Assembly (NCBI RefSeq): GCF_009914755.1
Contig: NC_060947.1
Reading direction: 5' to 3' (one strand)
DNA length: 64,000 bases
Origin: the human T2T-CHM13v2.0 reference genome, Homo sapiens
Below the pieces are notes generated by a model that saw nothing but the letters and a program-made list of their open reading frames with translations, ran no database searches and was not told where the DNA came from. How positions within the stretch are numbered: the first letter of the stretch is position 1; every line of letters begins with the position of its first letter. The translations under genes were made by a program, and so were the position numbers. This document shows, in pieces, positions 56,336 to 64,000 of this stretch.

Positions 56336-57062
56336 CATGAACCCAGAAGTATCTGAGACAGGTCTCAATCAATTCAGAATGTTTATTTTGCCAAGGTCAA
56401 GGATGTGTCATGACACAGCCTCAGGAGGTCCTGATGACACGTGCCCAAGGTGGCTGGGGTACAGCTTGGTTTTATACACTTTAGGGAGACATGAGACATC
56501 CATCAACATGTGGAATGCGTACATTGGTTCGGTCTGGATAGGCAGGACATCCTATCCAGGAAGTAGGGGGAGGGGTTCCAGGTCATAGGTAGATAAGAGA
56601 CAAAAGGTGGCATTCTTTTGGGTCTTTGATCAGCTTTTCACTAAATACCCAACTTGCTTGTGAGTCAGGGATAGAGGAACAGTCACTCACACCTTAGTCT
56701 GGCTCAATGAATCTGCATTTTTACATAAACAATAGGGCAGAGGAAGTATGCAGATATGCATTTGTCTCAGGTGAGCAGAGGGATGGTTATGAGTTCTGTC
56801 CTTCGTCCCACACCTGTAAAGATAGGCTATTAATTTACATTGCCAATGTGAAATTAAACAGAACTGTTTTAGTGTAAAGGTCTTGAGGACCACAAGGAAT
56901 TTCCTTGTGGGCAAATTGTGAGGAAGGTACGTAGCTTTTTTATCTTTGTAGCTATCTTATTTAGGAATAAGGTGGGAGGCAGGTTTGCCTGACACAGTTT
57001 CCAGCTCGACTTTCCCTTTGGCTTAGTGATTTGGGGATCCCAAAATTTATTTTCCTCTCACA
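56336..57062 (-). mobile_element. MER4A-type solo LTR
   Basis: End 'cccaaaatttattttcctctcaca'; exact TSD tact. Confidence 0.85.
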
Positions 57063-57389
57063 TACTAAACACAAAACTATTACATTGATAATAATTGTAG
57101 TAAAACTGAAGAAATGGAATAAGGTGCTCTGATAGAGGGCCTAATGCAATGCTCTTCTATAGGTGCTGAGAAATAAGGCAGGAGGTAAATGAGGCAAACA
57201 GGAGTCCTGCCTTCATGGAGTTTATAGTGTGATACAGTGAATGAATACAGGAAAGCAAATAGATCACTGCAATGCTGTATAATAAATTCTAAAGTAGGGG
57301 AACACAAGAACTAACTGCCAGTTAAATAAGGTGAGAGTGTGTGTGAAGGGTAGAAAATGAGAAAATGAAATATAGAAAGCAAGTACGTA

Positions 57390-58000
57390 CAGTAGTCAGA
57401 AGTTCTGTCCACATTGTGCAGGGCACATAATATGATTGTTCTTCCTTTCCTCATTGAAGTGAGCTCTGGCCACATGACTTAATTTGGCCAGTGGAATGTG
57501 GAAATGTGATTAAATATGGTGTGTTTACTTCTAGAAAGAACCATTTAAGAAAGGGATTAGCAAACTTATTTTTCTGTGACAGGCCAGACAATAAGTATTT
57601 AAGGGCTTTCTGAGCCACATATAGTCTCTCTCACAAAAATTCCATTCCGCCCTTCCAGTTAAAATACAGCCACAGACAAGACATAAGTGAATGAGTGTGG
57701 CTGTGTTTTAACAAAGCAGATGGTGAACTCGATTTCGTCCACAGGCCATAGGTGCCAACACCTGTTTAAAGATATCATGAACAAATCACCATGTTCCCTT
57801 CCTGCTGGCCAGAATAAGAAGCGATGTTTCAAACAAGGAAGAGTCCATCAACCAGGATTCCCAAGTGAGGATGATGGGAAGCTGAACACACAATAAAGTC
57901 AAGATATCTGTGTATCAGAAGCAATAAACTTTTGTTTAAGTCACCTAGACCTTTGAGTTGTTTCTTACCACAGCATGACCTACCCCATCATGACTAATAT
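57390..58000. mobile_element. MLT1 LTR with a MER58A insertion (~57551-57764)
   Basis: 'ggccacatgacttaatttggccagtggaatgtg'; MER58 'gaatgagtgtggctgtgtt'. Confidence 0.7.
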
Positions 58001-58259
58001 AACATTCTTCTTCCTTAATTTAGTTATATTCTCTAAGTAATGAAGAGAATACAAGAGAGAAATGAACATTTAAGAGTGAGAAATATGAAAGCTTCTTAAG
58101 TTGCCAGGATCCAACATTAAACTTTCAAAAAAGTATGTATTTATTTTTAATGGACAAATAATAATTGTATACATTTTGGTGTACAATTGTGATGTTCCTA
58201 TATAAATACATTTCTGTTTTACAAAAAAGAATTGTATTAATAAAAAGATTGATAACTAC

Positions 58260-58340
58260 CTTTCCATGCTGGATTTACCAAAATAATAGTCTTCAGATGC
58301 TACTTGATATCATCCATTTTTGGATAACATCCATTATTTT
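58260..58340 (-). pseudogene. Exon relic: KIMDVIQKW / (frameshift) ASEDYYFGKSSME
   Basis: Acceptor tttgtttattatcag, donor AAG|GTAGTT, 67-bp upstream intron. Confidence 0.55.
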
Positions 58341-58407
58341 CTGATAATAAACAAAAAAACTTGCCCTGACTCCCATAAATCATGGTAGGGAAGCATGTTA
58401 TATTTAC

Positions 58408-58517
58408 CAATCCTTGCCAGTGCTCTCCAGGCATTTTCATATTCAAACTATTAACCATATTAGGATAACTAAAGCATTTAAAAGCAGCAACAGACAAATA
58501 ACTTCATTTTAAATGTT
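58408..58517 (-). pseudogene. Exon relic: HLK*SYLSVAAFKCFSYPNMVNSLNMKMPGEHWQGL
   Basis: Acceptor ctttgctag, donor TTG|GTAAAT, phase 1-0 matching its neighbours. NMKMPGE resembles NWD2 NIRIPGE (recalled). Confidence 0.65.
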
Positions 58518-58649
58518 CTAGCAAAGTGAGTATTCTGAATACCAATAGCTTGTTGATGCTGCAGCAGATTTATGTAGATGCAGTGTGTTCTTGCCGTTCT
58601 GGATACATGTTTATAATCAGCAAACACTGGGGAATAAGTTTATTCTTAC

Positions 58650-58751
58650 CTAAGTAAATATCTGTGAACTTACAAAGATCAAAAAAGAAGGTGTTGGGAT
58701 AACTGTGATAAAAAAGTATTCTATAGGCAATGGGATAAACCTTAACATAAG
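58650..58751 (-). pseudogene. Exon relic: YVKVYPIAYRILFYHSYPNTFFFDLCKFTDIYL
   Basis: Acceptor tttatgttag, donor TAG|GTAAGA, open frame, phase 1-1. VYP...F..DL pattern of DUF4062-type N-termini. Confidence 0.65.
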
Positions 58752-59482
58752 CTAACATAAAAAGATGTGTGTTTAAAATTCTGAACAGCTAAGATCTTAC
58801 CACTTCCAGGCTCTCCATCCCTATTTTTTTCTCTCTCACATATACATCTACCATAGTGTGGCTTCAGATATGAGACTCTTCTAAATTTCAAAAGTGACGA
58901 AAGTTACTTATTTGCATGAAAGTTCTTCCCATGTAATAAACTATGAACTCTTCGGATTGGAATTCAAAGCCATTAACAATCTGACCTCTTCCTACTTCCC
59001 TTAACCCATTTTATGCTTTAGTCAAAACAAACTACCCATTTTCTATGTATATGTCATGCCTCCTTTCCTGACTCTATTTTCTTTACTCAGCATACTTCTC
59101 CCCCACCCCCAACCAGGTTTCTCTCAATGGGAATTACTGGTCTAACATCCCAGGCTCAAGGACTGTTAACCTTGAAGATGCAATATTAGTCCTTGTTAAT
59201 AATGAGCTTAACAGACTGACACATAGGAGACACTGAGTAACCAAATTTTTACATAAACATATAAATGAATACAATAAAATGTTGAAGAAAATAGAAACAC
59301 TTACAGAAAAATAACGGTGTATCAGGAACAAATGATTATGATGTAGTCAATTCCGTGAATCTTGGTTCCATAAAAAACATACAAAGTAAAAAGAAACAAG
59401 AAAAGAAAGACATTAACTACATTTTTTTTTAAGTAATAGAAGATAGTGAAAACTGTATCCAGAGAAAGAACAAAAGCCATAC

Positions 59483-59564
59483 TTTCGAGGTAAAATTATC
59501 TGCATAAAGAGTCAGTGGACTGGGATCTACTGAAATACAGATCATGGGATGAATTCGAGAGGCA
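59483..59564 (-). pseudogene. Exon relic: ASRIHPMICISVDPSPLTLYADNFTSK
   Basis: Polypyrimidine tract with decayed acceptor (tttttctttcgg); donor AAA|GTATGG. ICISVDP resembles the NWD2 N-terminal VFISANP (recalled). Confidence 0.5.
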
Positions 59565-59644
59565 CCGAAAGAAAAACAGACATTAACAAATGCGGAACTT
59601 GACTGAAAAGAAATTATATGTGATGTTGTTTTTGTGTTTTTAAA

Positions 59645-64000
<4,356 letters not shown>

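Overview
AT-rich, repeat-dense primate (human-like) genomic DNA with no intact protein-coding gene. Most of the window is transposable element: Alu, L1 of many ages, L2, MIR, MaLR/ERV solo LTRs (MER41, MER4, MER51, THE1, MLT1, LTR18-like) and DNA-transposon MITEs (MER5A, MER53, MER58, MER63, MADE1). The main signal lies in the unique islands between repeats. On the minus strand, about 20 exon-like segments from 59564 down to 6908 carry AG/GT splice sites and often matching reading phase. In order, they translate (with many stops and frameshifts) into motifs of an NWD1/NWD2/TEP1-type protein: DUF4062-like N-terminus, NACHT NTPase with Walker A and B relics, helical region, then the possible start of WD40 repeats. 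I read this as an ancient intron-containing pseudogene of a lost NACHT-WD40 paralogue. That call comes from manual translation and comparison with family sequences recalled from memory; no search was run. Smaller oddities include internally deleted mini-L1s, a MADE1 with a locally templated insertion, a MER41 LTR with two GAS motifs, and an AluYd. Repeat subfamily names are by eye and boundaries are approximate.
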